Program-made: the position numbers and the translations under genes
Shown here: in pieces, positions 9,832-20,207 of the stretch
Position numbering within the stretch: position 1 is the stretch's first letter
How the letters are laid out: each line of letters opens with the position of its first letter
Virus record (IMG/VR): IMGVR_UViG_3300008261_000017
Span: 1 to 61,335 of that record
DNA length: 61,335 bases
Strand: one strand, 5' to 3'
From: a virus
Lineage: Duplodnaviria; Caudoviricetes
Notes under the pieces: model-generated
What the model saw: only the letters and a program-made list of their open reading frames with translations
What the model was told of the DNA's origin: nothing
Databases searched by the model: none

Positions 9832-10271
9832 GCGTCGTTCAAGAGCCTGAAGTGAAGTGGTCTACCGATCAAATGGTGGAAGTGATTCTCAATGAACCCG
9901 ATGATTTTTTGAAAGTTCGTGAGACGTTGACTCGTATCGGAGTTGCTTCAAGGAAAGAAAAGAAAATTTATCAGTCTTGTCATATTTTGCATAAGCAAGG
10001 CAAATATTACCTAGTTCATTTCAAAGAACTGTTTGCACTTGATGGAAAACCAGCAAATTTGACTGTAAATGATATTCAACGTAGGAATAGAATCACCCAA
10101 TTGCTTGCTGATTGGGGTCTGATTACTGTCGTTGATGTTACTAAAATTTCTGATATTGCACCTTTAAATCAGATTAAAGTTTTGTCTTTTAAAGATAAAG
10201 GTGATTGGATTCTTGAAACCAAATATAACATTGGGGCAAAGAAAAAAAGAGGTGAAGAGGAAACCGAATAA
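9828..10271 (+). CDS. regA: translational repressor RegA
   Basis: DDFLKVRETLTRIG, CHILHKQG.YY.VHFKELF. Confidence 0.97.
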   Translation: MSVVQEPEVKWSTDQMVEVILNEPDDFLKVRETLTRIGVASRKEKKIYQSCHILHKQGKYYLVHFKELFALDGKPANLTVNDIQRRNRITQLLADWGLITVVDVTKISDIAPLNQIKVLSFKDKGDWILETKYNIGAKKKRGEEETE

Positions 10272-10277
10272 ATTTGT

Positions 10278-10302
10278 AGGGAGGTCCACACCTCCCTTTT
10301 TT
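10278..10302 (+). terminator. intrinsic terminator
   Basis: AGGGAGGT-CCAC-ACCTCCCT plus T-run. Confidence 0.8.
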
Positions 10303-10379
10303 ATTGATTTTTGATATATAAATGTAGGATGCCGAAAGGGTCCACAAAATACAAACTCGCTTTTAAAGGAGCTACTATA

Positions 10380-10814
10380 ATGACAAACCTTACAAGGTAT
10401 ACTGCTGCGGATTTGCCTGCCTTAATGGATAGGATTACCCGACATAGCATTGGAATGGATGAATATTTTGACCGTTTGTTTAATCTTCATGAGACAACAT
10501 CCAACTACCCACCCTACAATCTCGTTCAAGTTAGTAACGTAGAATCAAGATTAGAACTTGCACTTGCTGGATTTAAAAAGGAGGAAGTACATGTATACAC
10601 GGAGTATGGAAAACTTTTTGTCGAGGGACAGAAGGATGACAAGGAATCTTCTACCCACTACGTCCATAAGGGACTGGCTCAACGATCTTTCAAAAGAGCA
10701 TGGACGTTATCAGATGACACAGAAGTACGTGAGGTCACCTTTGAGGATGGATTATTGACCGTTACATTGGGCAAAATTGTTCCAGAACATCATGCACGTA
10801 AGGATTATCTATAA
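10380..10814 (+). CDS. hsp20: small heat shock protein Hsp20
   Basis: NYPPYN, LALAGF, HKGLAQRSF, FEDGLL; AAGGAG SD. Confidence 0.95.
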   Translation: MTNLTRYTAADLPALMDRITRHSIGMDEYFDRLFNLHETTSNYPPYNLVQVSNVESRLELALAGFKKEEVHVYTEYGKLFVEGQKDDKESSTHYVHKGLAQRSFKRAWTLSDDTEVREVTFEDGLLTVTLGKIVPEHHARKDYL

Positions 10815-10845
10815 ATAGATTTGAATATCGTCGGCGCAATGCCAC

Positions 10846-10898
10846 AGAGGGGTAACTGGCAAAATCCAGTTGACACCCCTCTTTTTTATTGCTATAAT
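10846..10898 (+). promoter_or_regulatory. terminator hairpin overlapping a consensus sigma70 promoter
   Basis: AGAGGGG...CCCCTCT plus T-run; TTGACA(10870)-N17-TATAAT(10893). Confidence 0.8.
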
Positions 10899-10920
10899 TT
10901 TTTGAGGAAACTGAAAAAAC

Positions 10921-11274
10921 ATGACTGTTAAACTTGCTGTACTTAAATCTGGAGAAGATGTCGTAGCAGATATTAAAGAATTAGTAGATGAAGATGGAAA
11001 TATCGTCTCTTTAATTTTTTCAAATCCAGTTGTAGTAAAATTAATCTCACCTCAAGTTCTTCTTGAAAGTGAGAAAGAACATGAATATAAAATTGCTTTT
11101 TATCCTTGGATGCCTTTGTCTTTTGATAAAAATATTCCAATTAAAAAGGATTGGATTGTGACTATTGTTGAACCAGTAGAAATGGTGAAAAAATCTTATG
11201 AGGAGAGAATGAATGGAAACGAACAAGACAATAATGTTGATTCTATTAATGAACAATACATTCCTGATATCTGA
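10921..11274 (+). CDS. conserved cyanophage hypothetical (Sm-like fold suspected)
   Basis: KLAVLKSGEDVVADIKE, PWMPLS. Confidence 0.75.
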   Translation: MTVKLAVLKSGEDVVADIKELVDEDGNIVSLIFSNPVVVKLISPQVLLESEKEHEYKIAFYPWMPLSFDKNIPIKKDWIVTIVEPVEMVKKSYEERMNGNEQDNNVDSINEQYIPDI

Positions 11275-11476
11275 AATAGAGGAAGTAGTAGTTGATTTTG
11301 GTGAACCAAATTGCAGACTAATAAACCCATGCCTACTTACTGGTGAAAGTGAGATGGCACCATGGATTGAAGAATATACAGATGCAAATGAATTAATGAT
11401 TAGTTCAGATAAGATTCTGACAATCATTGAACCAAAGAAAACCTTGCTTGACAAATATCTAGAACTTACACAATGA
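11213..11476 (+). CDS. conserved cyanophage hypothetical upstream of g43
   Basis: GEPNCRLINP, ISSDKILTI.EP. Confidence 0.75.
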   Translation: METNKTIMLILLMNNTFLISEIEEVVVDFGEPNCRLINPCLLTGESEMAPWIEEYTDANELMISSDKILTIIEPKKTLLDKYLELTQ

Positions 11477-13971
11477 GATTTTACACCAACGTCTATGAAA
11501 AATTTAATAAAATGTTGGTCCGTGGATATGACAATGGTGAGTATTTCCAAATAGAAGAAGATTATCAACCTACTCTATTTGTTCCTTCAAAGAAAAAAAC
11601 AAAATATAAAACACTGGATGGATATGCAGTAGAACCCATTCAACCTGGAAAGATTTCTGATTGTAAGGAATTTCTTGATAAGTATTCTAAGGTTGAGGGT
11701 TTTACTGTTTATGGTAACGACAACTATAAAGCACAGTATATCTCCGATAAGTATCCAGAAGAAGAAATTAAATTTGACATTGCAAAGATTAGACTCTTTA
11801 CAATTGACATTGAGGTTTCTGCTGAAAGTGGATTCCCTAATGTATTTGATTGTGCAGAAGAAATTCTCACAATTACTCTTCAAAATTATGCAACAAAGCA
11901 AATTATTTGTTTTGCAAACAGAAGAGAGTATTTAAACAATCGTAAAGACCTTGCTTACGTCAAGTGTTCTGATGAGATTGATTTGATTCATCGGTTCCTT
12001 GCATTTTGGCAACAAAATACTCCAGATGCCATTACTGGATGGAACTGTGAACTATATGATATTCCATACATTGCGGGACGCATTGAACGTATTCTTGGGG
12101 AGAAGGAGGCACGTCGTCTTTCTCCTTGGGGAAACATTCGTAAAAAAGAACTGGTTATTCAGGGTAGGGAACAAATCTCTTATGAGATTGCAGGAGTATC
12201 TGTGATTGACTATCTTGATTTGTATAAGAAGTTTACTTATACCAACCAGGAGTCATATCGTCTTGACCATATTGCATTTGTGGAACTTGGTCAGAAGAAA
12301 TTGGACCACTCCGAATTTGATACTTTCCGTGAGTTTTATACAAAAGACTGGCAAAAGTTTGTTGATTATAACATCAAAGACGTTGAACTTGTTGACCAAT
12401 TGGAAGACAAGATGAAACTTATTGAGTTGTGTTTGACGATGGCATACGATGCTAAGGTCAATTATAATGATGTGTTTTTCCAGGTAAGAACTTGGGATGC
12501 TATTATTTACAACTATCTAAAGAAACGTAACATCGTTATTCCTCCAAAAGATAAATCATCAAAGGATGAAAAATATGCGGGGGCATATGTCAAGGAACCG
12601 ATTCCTGGGATTTATGATTGGGTGGTCAGTTTTGACCTTAATAGCCTGTATCCTCATCTTATTATGCAATACAACATCTCACCAGAAACACTCCTTGAAG
12701 AGAAACATCCACAAGCAACAGTTGATAGAATACTTGGTGAACAAATAAACTTTGAACTGTATAAAGATTATGCAGTTTGTGCTAATGGTGCGATGTATCG
12801 CAAGGATGTGAAAGGATTTCTCCCAGAATTGATGGAGAAAATGTATGGTGACCGAGTTATCTTCAAGAAGAAGATGATTGAGGCAAAGAAGGAATATCAA
12901 AAGACTCCTACCAAAGAATTGGAAAAGGAGATTGCTCGTTGCAATAATATTCAGATGGCAAAGAAGATTTCTTTGAACTCTGCTTATGGTGCTATTGGTA
13001 ATCAGTATTTTCGATATTATAAACTCGCAAATGCTGAGGCAATTACTTTGTCTGGGCAAGTATCAATTCGTTGGATTGAGAGCAAAGTAAATAAGTATCT
13101 AAATAAGGTATTGAAAACTGAAGACGTAGATTATGTTATTGCTTCTGATACTGATTCCATTTATATTAATATGGGTCCTTTGGTTGACCGTGTATACCAG
13201 GGAAGAAAGGAGACTCGTGAGAAAGTTGTCACGTTCCTTGACAAGTTGTGTAAGGTGGAACTTGAGCCTTATATTGAAAGTTCTTATCAAGAATTGGCGG
13301 AATACGTGAATGCGTATGAACAAAAAATGCAGATGAAACGGGAGAATATTGCTGACCGTGGAATCTGGACTGCAAAGAAACGATACATTCTTAATGTATG
13401 GGATAGTGAAGGTGTTCGATATGAACAACCAAAACTTAAGATTATGGGACTAGAAGCAGTTAAGTCTTCTACTCCTGCTCCTTGTCGTCAGATGATTAAG
13501 GATGCCCTTAAGTTGATTATGACCAAGACTGAAGATGATATGATTGATTATATTGAGCAATCTCGTAAGGAGTTTACTAATCTTTCTGTGGAAGAAATTT
13601 CTTTCCCAAGAACTGTATCTGATGTTATTAAACATAAAGCACACTCAACAATTTATGGAAAGGGAACACCAATTCACGTTCGTGGTGCCCTTCTTTATAA
13701 TCACTTGATTAAAGAGAAGAAACTTGATAAAAAGTATGCAGCAATTCAGAATGGTGAAAAGATTAAATTTTGCTATTTGAAACTTCCCAATCCAATCCGA
13801 GAGAATGTGATTTCCTACATTCAGGAATTTCCAAGGGAACTCGGTCTGGACAAATACATTGATTATGAACTACAATTTAACAAAGCATTCTTGGAACCAA
13901 TGAGGGTTATCCTTGATGCTATTGGTTGGAAAGTAGAAAAAACAATTACCCTAGAATCATTTTTTTCCTAA
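11473..13971 (+). CDS. g43: family B DNA polymerase gp43
   Basis: DIEV exonuclease, SFDLNSLYP, KISLNSAYG, SDTDS; uninterrupted. Confidence 0.99.
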   Translation: MRFYTNVYEKFNKMLVRGYDNGEYFQIEEDYQPTLFVPSKKKTKYKTLDGYAVEPIQPGKISDCKEFLDKYSKVEGFTVYGNDNYKAQYISDKYPEEEIKFDIAKIRLFTIDIEVSAESGFPNVFDCAEEILTITLQNYATKQIICFANRREYLNNRKDLAYVKCSDEIDLIHRFLAFWQQNTPDAITGWNCELYDIPYIAGRIERILGEKEARRLSPWGNIRKKELVIQGREQISYEIAGVSVIDYLDLYKKFTYTNQESYRLDHIAFVELGQKKLDHSEFDTFREFYTKDWQKFVDYNIKDVELVDQLEDKMKLIELCLTMAYDAKVNYNDVFFQVRTWDAIIYNYLKKRNIVIPPKDKSSKDEKYAGAYVKEPIPGIYDWVVSFDLNSLYPHLIMQYNISPETLLEEKHPQATVDRILGEQINFELYKDYAVCANGAMYRKDVKGFLPELMEKMYGDRVIFKKKMIEAKKEYQKTPTKELEKEIARCNNIQMAKKISLNSAYGAIGNQYFRYYKLANAEAITLSGQVSIRWIESKVNKYLNKVLKTEDVDYVIASDTDSIYINMGPLVDRVYQGRKETREKVVTFLDKLCKVELEPYIESSYQELAEYVNAYEQKMQMKRENIADRGIWTAKKRYILNVWDSEGVRYEQPKLKIMGLEAVKSSTPAPCRQMIKDALKLIMTKTEDDMIDYIEQSRKEFTNLSVEEISFPRTVSDVIKHKAHSTIYGKGTPIHVRGALLYNHLIKEKKLDKKYAAIQNGEKIKFCYLKLPNPIRENVISYIQEFPRELGLDKYIDYELQFNKAFLEPMRVILDAIGWKVEKTITLESFFS

Positions 13972-14135
13972 TGGATTTGCCTATTAACGACAAAGAATTG
14001 GATACGATTGTAAAAGCAATGGCTCTTGGAGGAGACACTGCGTTATATCAAAAACTAAAACTTGTGAAGGACCTGAAAGAGCAGGGACTTCCTTATAAAA
14101 AAATACTTCGTGAAGAATACGGGATGGTAGCTTGA
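13971..14135 (+). CDS. small hypothetical
   Basis: [10 protein letters not shown]..., coupled to g43 stop and uvsX start. Confidence 0.7.
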   Translation: MDLPINDKELDTIVKAMALGGDTALYQKLKLVKDLKEQGLPYKKILREEYGMVA

Positions 14136-15142
14136 TGGATTTCCTTAAAGATATTGTAAAAGAGATTGGTGGTGAGTATACGCAACTCGCATCTGATATT
14201 GATGAGACTGAGACTTATGTTGACACAGGTTCGTTTATTTTTAATGCACTGGTTTCAGGTAGCGTTCTTGGTGGTGTATCTGGGAACAAGATTACTGCTA
14301 TTGCTGGAGAGTCTTCTACTGGAAAGACTTTCTTCAGTCTCGCCGTGGTTAAGAATTTCCTCGATAATAATCCCGATGGTTATTGTCTCTACTTTGATAC
14401 TGAGGCTGCCGTCACTAAATCCCTCTTGGAATCACGAGGCATCGACACATCACGTCTTGTCGTGGTTAATGTTGTCACTATAGAAGAGTTTCGTTCAAAG
14501 GCACTTAAAGCAGTTGATTTGTATCTAAAGAAAAAAGAAGCAGAACGCAAACCTTGTATGTTTGTGTTAGACTCTCTGGGAATGCTTTCAACTGAAAAAG
14601 AAATTCAGGATGCTTTAGATGACAAACAAGTTCGTGATATGACGAAATCACAACTTGTCAAAGGTGCCTTTAGGATGCTAACCTTGAAGTTGGGTCAAGC
14701 AAAAATCCCAATGATTGTCACTAATCACACTTATGATGTAGTTGGTTCTTATGTTCCAACTAAAGAAATGAGTGGTGGTTCTGGTCTTAAGTATGCTGCG
14801 TCCACAATCATCTATCTTTCTAAAAAGAAAGAAAAAGATGGCACAGAAGTTGTTGGTAATATCATTAAAGCAACAACTCATAAATCTCGATTGAGTAAAG
14901 AGAATAAAACTGTTGAGGTTCGTTTGTTCTATGATGAACGTGGACTTGACAAGTATTATGGTTTACTTGACCTTGCTGAGAAGTATGAAATCTTTAAGAA
15001 GGTTGGAACACGATATGAAACACCAGACGGAACTTCTCAATATGGGAAGACTATTATGGAGAATCCAGAAAGATTCTTTACTGGTGACGTAATGCAAGCA
15101 CTTGATGAAGCAGCACAAAAAGAATTCTCATACGGAGGGTAA
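14135..15142 (+). CDS. uvsX: RecA-like recombinase UvsX
   Basis: [26 protein letters not shown]. Confidence 0.95.
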   Translation: MDFLKDIVKEIGGEYTQLASDIDETETYVDTGSFIFNALVSGSVLGGVSGNKITAIAGESSTGKTFFSLAVVKNFLDNNPDGYCLYFDTEAAVTKSLLESRGIDTSRLVVVNVVTIEEFRSKALKAVDLYLKKKEAERKPCMFVLDSLGMLSTEKEIQDALDDKQVRDMTKSQLVKGAFRMLTLKLGQAKIPMIVTNHTYDVVGSYVPTKEMSGGSGLKYAASTIIYLSKKKEKDGTEVVGNIIKATTHKSRLSKENKTVEVRLFYDERGLDKYYGLLDLAEKYEIFKKVGTRYETPDGTSQYGKTIMENPERFFTGDVMQALDEAAQKEFSYGG

Positions 15143-16515
15143 TGGAAAAAGTCGAAACTACTATCCTCAGGAATCTTCTCTTCAATAATGATTATTGTAG
15201 AAAAGTTCTACCATTTATTAAAAATGAATACTTTGAAAACTTGCACGAGAAAGTAGTTTTTGAGGAGATTTGTAAGTTTATTGTTGCTTACGAAAAACTT
15301 GCAACTAAAGAAGTTCTCCTTATTGAAACTGAAAAAAGAACAGATATTACTGAGGACACATATAAAACTATTTGTGATTATGTGTCTAAACTGGACAACA
15401 ACGATGTTGACTATAAGTGGTTAGTAGATACTACTGAGAAGTGGTGTAGAGACCGTGCTATATACCTTGCATTGATGGAATCTATTAAGATTGCAGATGG
15501 TCAGGATGAAAAAAAGAATCGAGATGCAATTCCAAGTATTCTTTCGGATGCTCTAGCAGTTTCGTTTGACAATAATATTGGACACGATTACTTCAAGGAC
15601 TTTGAACGAAGATATGAGTTCTACCATCAACGTGAGGAAAAGATTCCTTTCGATTTGGAATTCTTCAACAAAATTACAAAGGGTGGACTTCCTAATAAAA
15701 CTCTCAACATTGCTCTTGCAGGCACTGGTGTGGGCAAGTCTCTCTTTATGTGCCATGTTGCTGCTTCTGTCCTACTTCAAGGTAAGAATGTTCTTTATAT
15801 TACTTTGGAGATGGCAGAAGAAAGGATTGCGGAACGTATTGACTCGAATCTTTTGAATATTAATATTCAAGATATTGAATCTCTTCCAAAGATGATGTTT
15901 GAATCAAAAGTGAATAGCATCAGCAAAAAGAGTCAGGGAACTTTGATTATTAAAGAGTATCCAACTGCATCCGCACACGCAGGGCACTTTAGAGCACTTC
16001 TTAACGAGTTATCACTTAAGAAATCTTTCAAACCAGATATTATCTTTATTGATTATCTGAATATCTGTGCGTCTTCACGTTATAAGGGAAATAGCAATAT
16101 CAACTCATACACTTTTGTGAAAGCAATTGCTGAAGAACTTCGTGGATTGGCAGTTGAAACTAATGTCCCTATTGTCTCTGCTACTCAGACTACTCGTTCT
16201 GGTTATGGTAATTCCGATGTTGAACTCACTGATACTTCTGAAAGTTTTGGTCTTCCTGCTACTGCTGACCTTATGTTTGCTCTTATCTCGACGGAAGAAT
16301 TAGAGCAACTTGGTCAGATTATGGTCAAACAATTGAAGAACAGATATAATGACCCAACAATGAATAAAAGATTCGTTGTTGGTATTGATAGAGCAAAGAT
16401 GCGTCTTTATGACGTAGAGCAGAGTGCTCAAAAGGATATACTTGACTCTGGGCAAGAGGAAGAGTATAGTTATGACGAAGAAAAAACAAGTAAATTTTCT
16501 GGATTTAAATTTTAA
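15142..16515 (+). CDS. g41: replicative helicase gp41
   Basis: AGTGVGKS, IDYLNI, SATQTTR, SESFGLPATAD, KNRY. Confidence 0.98.
   Translation: MEKVETTILRNLLFNNDYCRKVLPFIKNEYFENLHEKVVFEEICKFIVAYEKLATKEVLLIETEKRTDITEDTYKTICDYVSKLDNNDVDYKWLVDTTEKWCRDRAIYLALMESIKIADGQDEKKNRDAIPSILSDALAVSFDNNIGHDYFKDFERRYEFYHQREEKIPFDLEFFNKITKGGLPNKTLNIALAGTGVGKSLFMCHVAASVLLQGKNVLYITLEMAEERIAERIDSNLLNINIQDIESLPKMMFESKVNSISKKSQGTLIIKEYPTASAHAGHFRALLNELSLKKSFKPDIIFIDYLNICASSRYKGNSNINSYTFVKAIAEELRGLAVETNVPIVSATQTTRSGYGNSDVELTDTSESFGLPATADLMFALISTEELEQLGQIMVKQLKNRYNDPTMNKRFVVGIDRAKMRLYDVEQSAQKDILDSGQEEEYSYDEEKTSKFSGFKF
16482..16515 (+). repeat. 34-bp direct repeat, copy 1 (end of g41)
   Basis: AAAAACAAGTAAATTTTCTGGATTTAAATTTTAA identical to 17344-17377. 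Confidence 0.95.
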
Positions 16516-17301
16516 GTGAAAAGAAATATAATTGAATTTATTTCACATAATGAATATAAAGATATTATATGTGAACCTTATCCTTCTTATAAAAATTTTC
16601 CTTCTTGGTTTTCTAATACTAAACTTGTTTCTAAAAAGTCAGAATGTCCATTTGTATTTCTTCATCGGGATAATTTTTCTGATGTTGATAGAGAAACAAA
16701 TGTCACTGGATGCCCAGGAATAATTGATTATTCCTCTATGGGATATATTGTTCCTTCTTGGAATAACTTCTTAATCAGAAATGATGATAATCAATTATAT
16801 ATTACTTGGGAGCATGATTTTAGAGATAAGTATTCCCTTCATGAAACAGAACATCATATTCCTGGATTTTCTGAAAATGAGAAACCAAAGTATGGTGGAT
16901 TTTCTAAACTTTTTACTCCATGGTACATAAAAACAAGTCCTGGGATATCCTGTTTAATAACACATCCAGTTTTGTATAGGGAAACTCGATTCACTACTTC
17001 AAGTGGTATAATGCATACAGATAAATTTCCCGTTCCATTAACTTGGTTTTTTGAATGGAATAATGAAATAAAAATTGGATTAGAAGAAAACAAAATACCA
17101 AGAGAACAACTAATAACAATTGGAACACCCCTAATTCATATTATACCTTTTCAACGAAAAGATTTTAATTCAGAGGTAAAATATTTAGATAATTCTAGTA
17201 TGAATTTATTAAAATATAAAACTAGTGTATTCCTTCATGATTGGAGTGGAAATTCACTTTATAATAAATTTAGGAAAACAATAAAAAATATGTTTAGGTA
17301 G
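16516..17301 (+). CDS. hypothetical protein (CPG..D...GY..P family)
   Basis: 261-aa AT-rich ORF, GTG start directly after g41 stop; function not recognised. Confidence 0.7.
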   Translation: MKRNIIEFISHNEYKDIICEPYPSYKNFPSWFSNTKLVSKKSECPFVFLHRDNFSDVDRETNVTGCPGIIDYSSMGYIVPSWNNFLIRNDDNQLYITWEHDFRDKYSLHETEHHIPGFSENEKPKYGGFSKLFTPWYIKTSPGISCLITHPVLYRETRFTTSSGIMHTDKFPVPLTWFFEWNNEIKIGLEENKIPREQLITIGTPLIHIIPFQRKDFNSEVKYLDNSSMNLLKYKTSVFLHDWSGNSLYNKFRKTIKNMFR

Positions 17302-17305
17302 ATTC

Positions 17306-17333
17306 TTGACTTGGGTTAAAATTGTAGTATAAT
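17306..17333 (+). promoter_or_regulatory. sigma70-type promoter for mazG
   Basis: TTGACT-N16-TATAAT. Confidence 0.7.
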
Positions 17334-17343
17334 TACAAAGAAG

Positions 17344-17377
17344 AAAAACAAGTAAATTTTCTGGATTTAAATTTTAA
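17344..17377 (+). repeat. 34-bp direct repeat, copy 2
   Basis: Identical to 16482-16515; last A is the A of the mazG ATG. Confidence 0.95.
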
Positions 17378-17805
17378 TGGAAACTAAAACTGAAACTGTA
17401 AAGCACGTTGATTTTGATAAGTATGCAGAGTTTGTTGATGCCGTAACTTCTGACGCATCTAAAGATTTTGTGGCACTTGCAGATAGGTTGGTTGAACTTG
17501 ACGAAAAAGGTGCTAATATTGAACGTCTCATGACTGCTGCTGTTGGTATTAATGCCGAAGGTGGTGAGTTTATGGAAATTGTCAAGAAAATGGTGTTCCA
17601 AGGAAAATCATGGAACCAAGATAACAAAGAGCATTTGATTATTGAACTCGGTGACATCATGTGGTATGTTGCTCAAGCATGTATGGCACTTGAAGTTTCT
17701 ATTGATGATGTAGTTGCTCGTAATGTTCAAAAACTTCTTAAGCGTTATCCAGAAGGAGTTTTTGATGTTTATTTCTCCGAAAACCGTGCTTCTGATGACC
17801 GATGA
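17377..17805 (+). CDS. mazG: MazG nucleotide pyrophosphohydrolase
   Basis: AEGGEFMEIVKK, ELGDIMWY, KRYP. Confidence 0.93.
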   Translation: METKTETVKHVDFDKYAEFVDAVTSDASKDFVALADRLVELDEKGANIERLMTAAVGINAEGGEFMEIVKKMVFQGKSWNQDNKEHLIIELGDIMWYVAQACMALEVSIDDVVARNVQKLLKRYPEGVFDVYFSENRASDDR

Positions 17806-17981
17806 CTAAAGAAAAACAAGTAACAATTAAAATGGGTCTTCGTGCTGCTGCAGCAGTACGTCAAGTTTTGTTTGATTCCCAAAAAGGTTATACTTCTGGT
17901 CCTTCAACTCCAGAACGTGTTTTTGAAATTCGTGAAGTTATTACTGATTTGGATGATTCCATAGAGCAAGCAATTAAATAA
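17802..17981 (+). CDS. small hypothetical, 59 aa (not in ORF track)
   Basis: MTKEKQVTIKMGLRAAAAVRQVLF...; ATGA overlap with mazG. Confidence 0.7.
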   Translation: MTKEKQVTIKMGLRAAAAVRQVLFDSQKGYTSGPSTPERVFEIREVITDLDDSIEQAIK

Positions 17982-17986
17982 CTCTT

Positions 17987-18022
17987 AAACTCCTTTTCTA
18001 AATACAGAAAAGGAGTTTTTTT
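17987..18022 (+). terminator. terminator hairpin with late-promoter core spanning its loop
   Basis: AAACTCCTTTTCT-AAATAC-AGAAAAGGAGTTT plus T-run; CTAAATA across loop. Confidence 0.75.
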
Positions 18023-18029
18023 ATTTGCA

Positions 18030-18989
18030 ATGGCAGGAACTAGATCGGCACAAGAGATAAATTTAGTAAATGGAGTAAATGCTTTCATAAAAGCATGTGG
18101 AGGAGGACCAATTACAATAAAGTTTACTAATAGTTATTTGGGTCAAGGATTGCTTGCCGATGTAATGAGTTTTGATGAAAACCTCAATGGTGATAGATCT
18201 CCTGTAGATATAATTGCTAGAACTAGCTCTACCCCATATAAAATATCATGTAAACAAGATAATCCAATTAGTTTTTGTGGTTCTGGTTTAAAAAGTTTTT
18301 CTAAAGAACTGATGATGAGGAAATTTTTGAATAGAGCATTGGGAAGAGCAGCAGGAACTTTAAAGGCAATATTAGAACCCTATAAAAAACCAATTGAAGA
18401 CATGGTTGTTGCTCATGCTAGACAATATGGAGGGCAGGCATTTACTGCAGCCGAAAAAAAGAAATTTGATGTTCTCGTTTCAAAGTTAAATAATGTCCAG
18501 TTACCTGATTTGTATATAAAACTTCCAAAAAGTATGAGATTTGCTTTATTGAGTGGTCAGGGAGAATTGGATGCACCAATAACACATTATATTACTGGTG
18601 GAATAGCAAATCCTGCCATGATGAAAAAGAACATTAAAACTAAAACACTTGAAATTACTGATTGTGAAGTACACACAATTCAGGAGATGGTTGATGATGG
18701 TGGAATTAATTTGTTTTTAGTAATAAGAAAAAGAAGAGCAGATCAAGCATTGGAAATTATAGATTCTAAACTTCCAGGTTCTCCTCCAATAAAAGACACT
18801 AAAGGATTTCTCAATGTCTATGGTAGATCTAAAGGAAATCCAAGTGAATTTGGAAGAAGACTGCAAATTAGAGAAAGAAGTCAACTTCCAAAATCTTTGC
18901 GAACTTCTCTTTTTGAGGACAATGATGGAGTCACACCTATTAAAAGAGCACCTGCCAACTCTCAAATTATTGAAGTTGAATGGCCATAA
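18030..18989 (+). CDS. hypothetical, possible PD-(D/E)xK nuclease-fold protein
   Basis: SPVDII...KISCKQ resembles the D...(E/S)xK core; weak. Confidence 0.5.
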   Translation: MAGTRSAQEINLVNGVNAFIKACGGGPITIKFTNSYLGQGLLADVMSFDENLNGDRSPVDIIARTSSTPYKISCKQDNPISFCGSGLKSFSKELMMRKFLNRALGRAAGTLKAILEPYKKPIEDMVVAHARQYGGQAFTAAEKKKFDVLVSKLNNVQLPDLYIKLPKSMRFALLSGQGELDAPITHYITGGIANPAMMKKNIKTKTLEITDCEVHTIQEMVDDGGINLFLVIRKRRADQALEIIDSKLPGSPPIKDTKGFLNVYGRSKGNPSEFGRRLQIRERSQLPKSLRTSLFEDNDGVTPIKRAPANSQIIEVEWP

Positions 18990-19013
18990 TAAATAATTAA
19001 AAACTAAGTTTTA

Positions 19014-20180
19014 ATGAAGAGTTTTATAAAGTTTTTTACAGAAGCAGTAGAAACATTGGCATCTACTGAAGCAAAAAATCGTGGACTTATCGGTGACGGT
19101 CATGGTGACTGGTACGATAGGCAAGGAAATCTTGTCGCAAAAACAGTAGGTGGAAAATTAAAATATTTCGGACAAGGGCAATCACAAAGTGATTCTGGTC
19201 AAGATGCTGGGGCATCAGGCAGTTCAGGAGCAACAGGAGGTGCTGCTGCCAATCAAAATCCAGATCAAGAGCAAGCACAAGAGGCAAAGGGTGTTGTAGT
19301 TGTTGTGGGTAGATTTAATCCTCCATCCAAAAATCATCAGCAGTTATTGAAAGCAGGATTCTCTCAAGCAAAACGTAGAGGATTTGAATATAGAATTTAT
19401 CCAAGTCGAATTCAGGATTCTACTTCCAACCCACTTAATCCTACATTGAAGATTTCTTATATGAAATCGATGTTCCCTGAATATGGGGATTATATTGTTG
19501 ATAGTGAAGATGCAAAAACTATTTTCGATATTCTCCAATCACTTTATTCTGATGGGTATAGTGATGTTACATTGGTTGTTGGACAAGAAAGACTTGGTGA
19601 ATTCCAAAGTTTAGTTCACAAAGCAGAGGGGCAAGGATATGAGTTTTCTAATCTGGAAGTAATTACAGCAGGAGTTAAAGACCCAGATAGTGAAGTAGAA
19701 TCCCCAGGATCATCTGCTCTCATGAAAGCTGCTGTTGCTATGAATGACTTTTATAAGTTTGAAGCAGGATTACCTGCAGAGATGGACCAAGGAGAGAAGG
19801 AAGAACTATTCAGTACCCTTAGAAAGTCTATGAAAGTGAATGAGTCAACTGAAGCATGGAGAATAGAACCAGAATTTGATTATGATGGATTGAGATGGAA
19901 TTATAAAAATAATAATCTATTTGAAGTTGGTACTTTTATTGAAAATGTTAATAGTGGATTAGTTGGAAAAATTATTAGAAGAGGAGCAAATTACTTAATT
20001 TGTGTTACTGAAGATAATTTAATGTTTAAGAGTTGGTTAAAAGATGTTAGAGAAGTTCACGAGATTGGAACTGACGAATATCGAGAGTATGTTCAATCTG
20101 TAACACCAGGAGAAAAGGTTAGAAATTTCCTAGTTGGTAGAAATAAAAAGACCGTAAACTCATCTAAAAACTATAAATAA
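19014..20180 (+). CDS. cytidylyltransferase-like protein with capsid-targeting-like N-terminus
   Basis: GRFNPPSKNH motif; MKSFIKFFTEA; upstream AATAAATA. Confidence 0.8.
   Translation: MKSFIKFFTEAVETLASTEAKNRGLIGDGHGDWYDRQGNLVAKTVGGKLKYFGQGQSQSDSGQDAGASGSSGATGGAAANQNPDQEQAQEAKGVVVVVGRFNPPSKNHQQLLKAGFSQAKRRGFEYRIYPSRIQDSTSNPLNPTLKISYMKSMFPEYGDYIVDSEDAKTIFDILQSLYSDGYSDVTLVVGQERLGEFQSLVHKAEGQGYEFSNLEVITAGVKDPDSEVESPGSSALMKAAVAMNDFYKFEAGLPAEMDQGEKEELFSTLRKSMKVNESTEAWRIEPEFDYDGLRWNYKNNNLFEVGTFIENVNSGLVGKIIRRGANYLICVTEDNLMFKSWLKDVREVHEIGTDEYREYVQSVTPGEKVRNFLVGRNKKTVNSSKNYK
20172..20179 (+). promoter_or_regulatory. late promoter
   Basis: TATAAATA. Confidence 0.75.
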
Positions 20181-20207
20181 AGATATAACGGGTACTTTTT
20201 AATCTAA

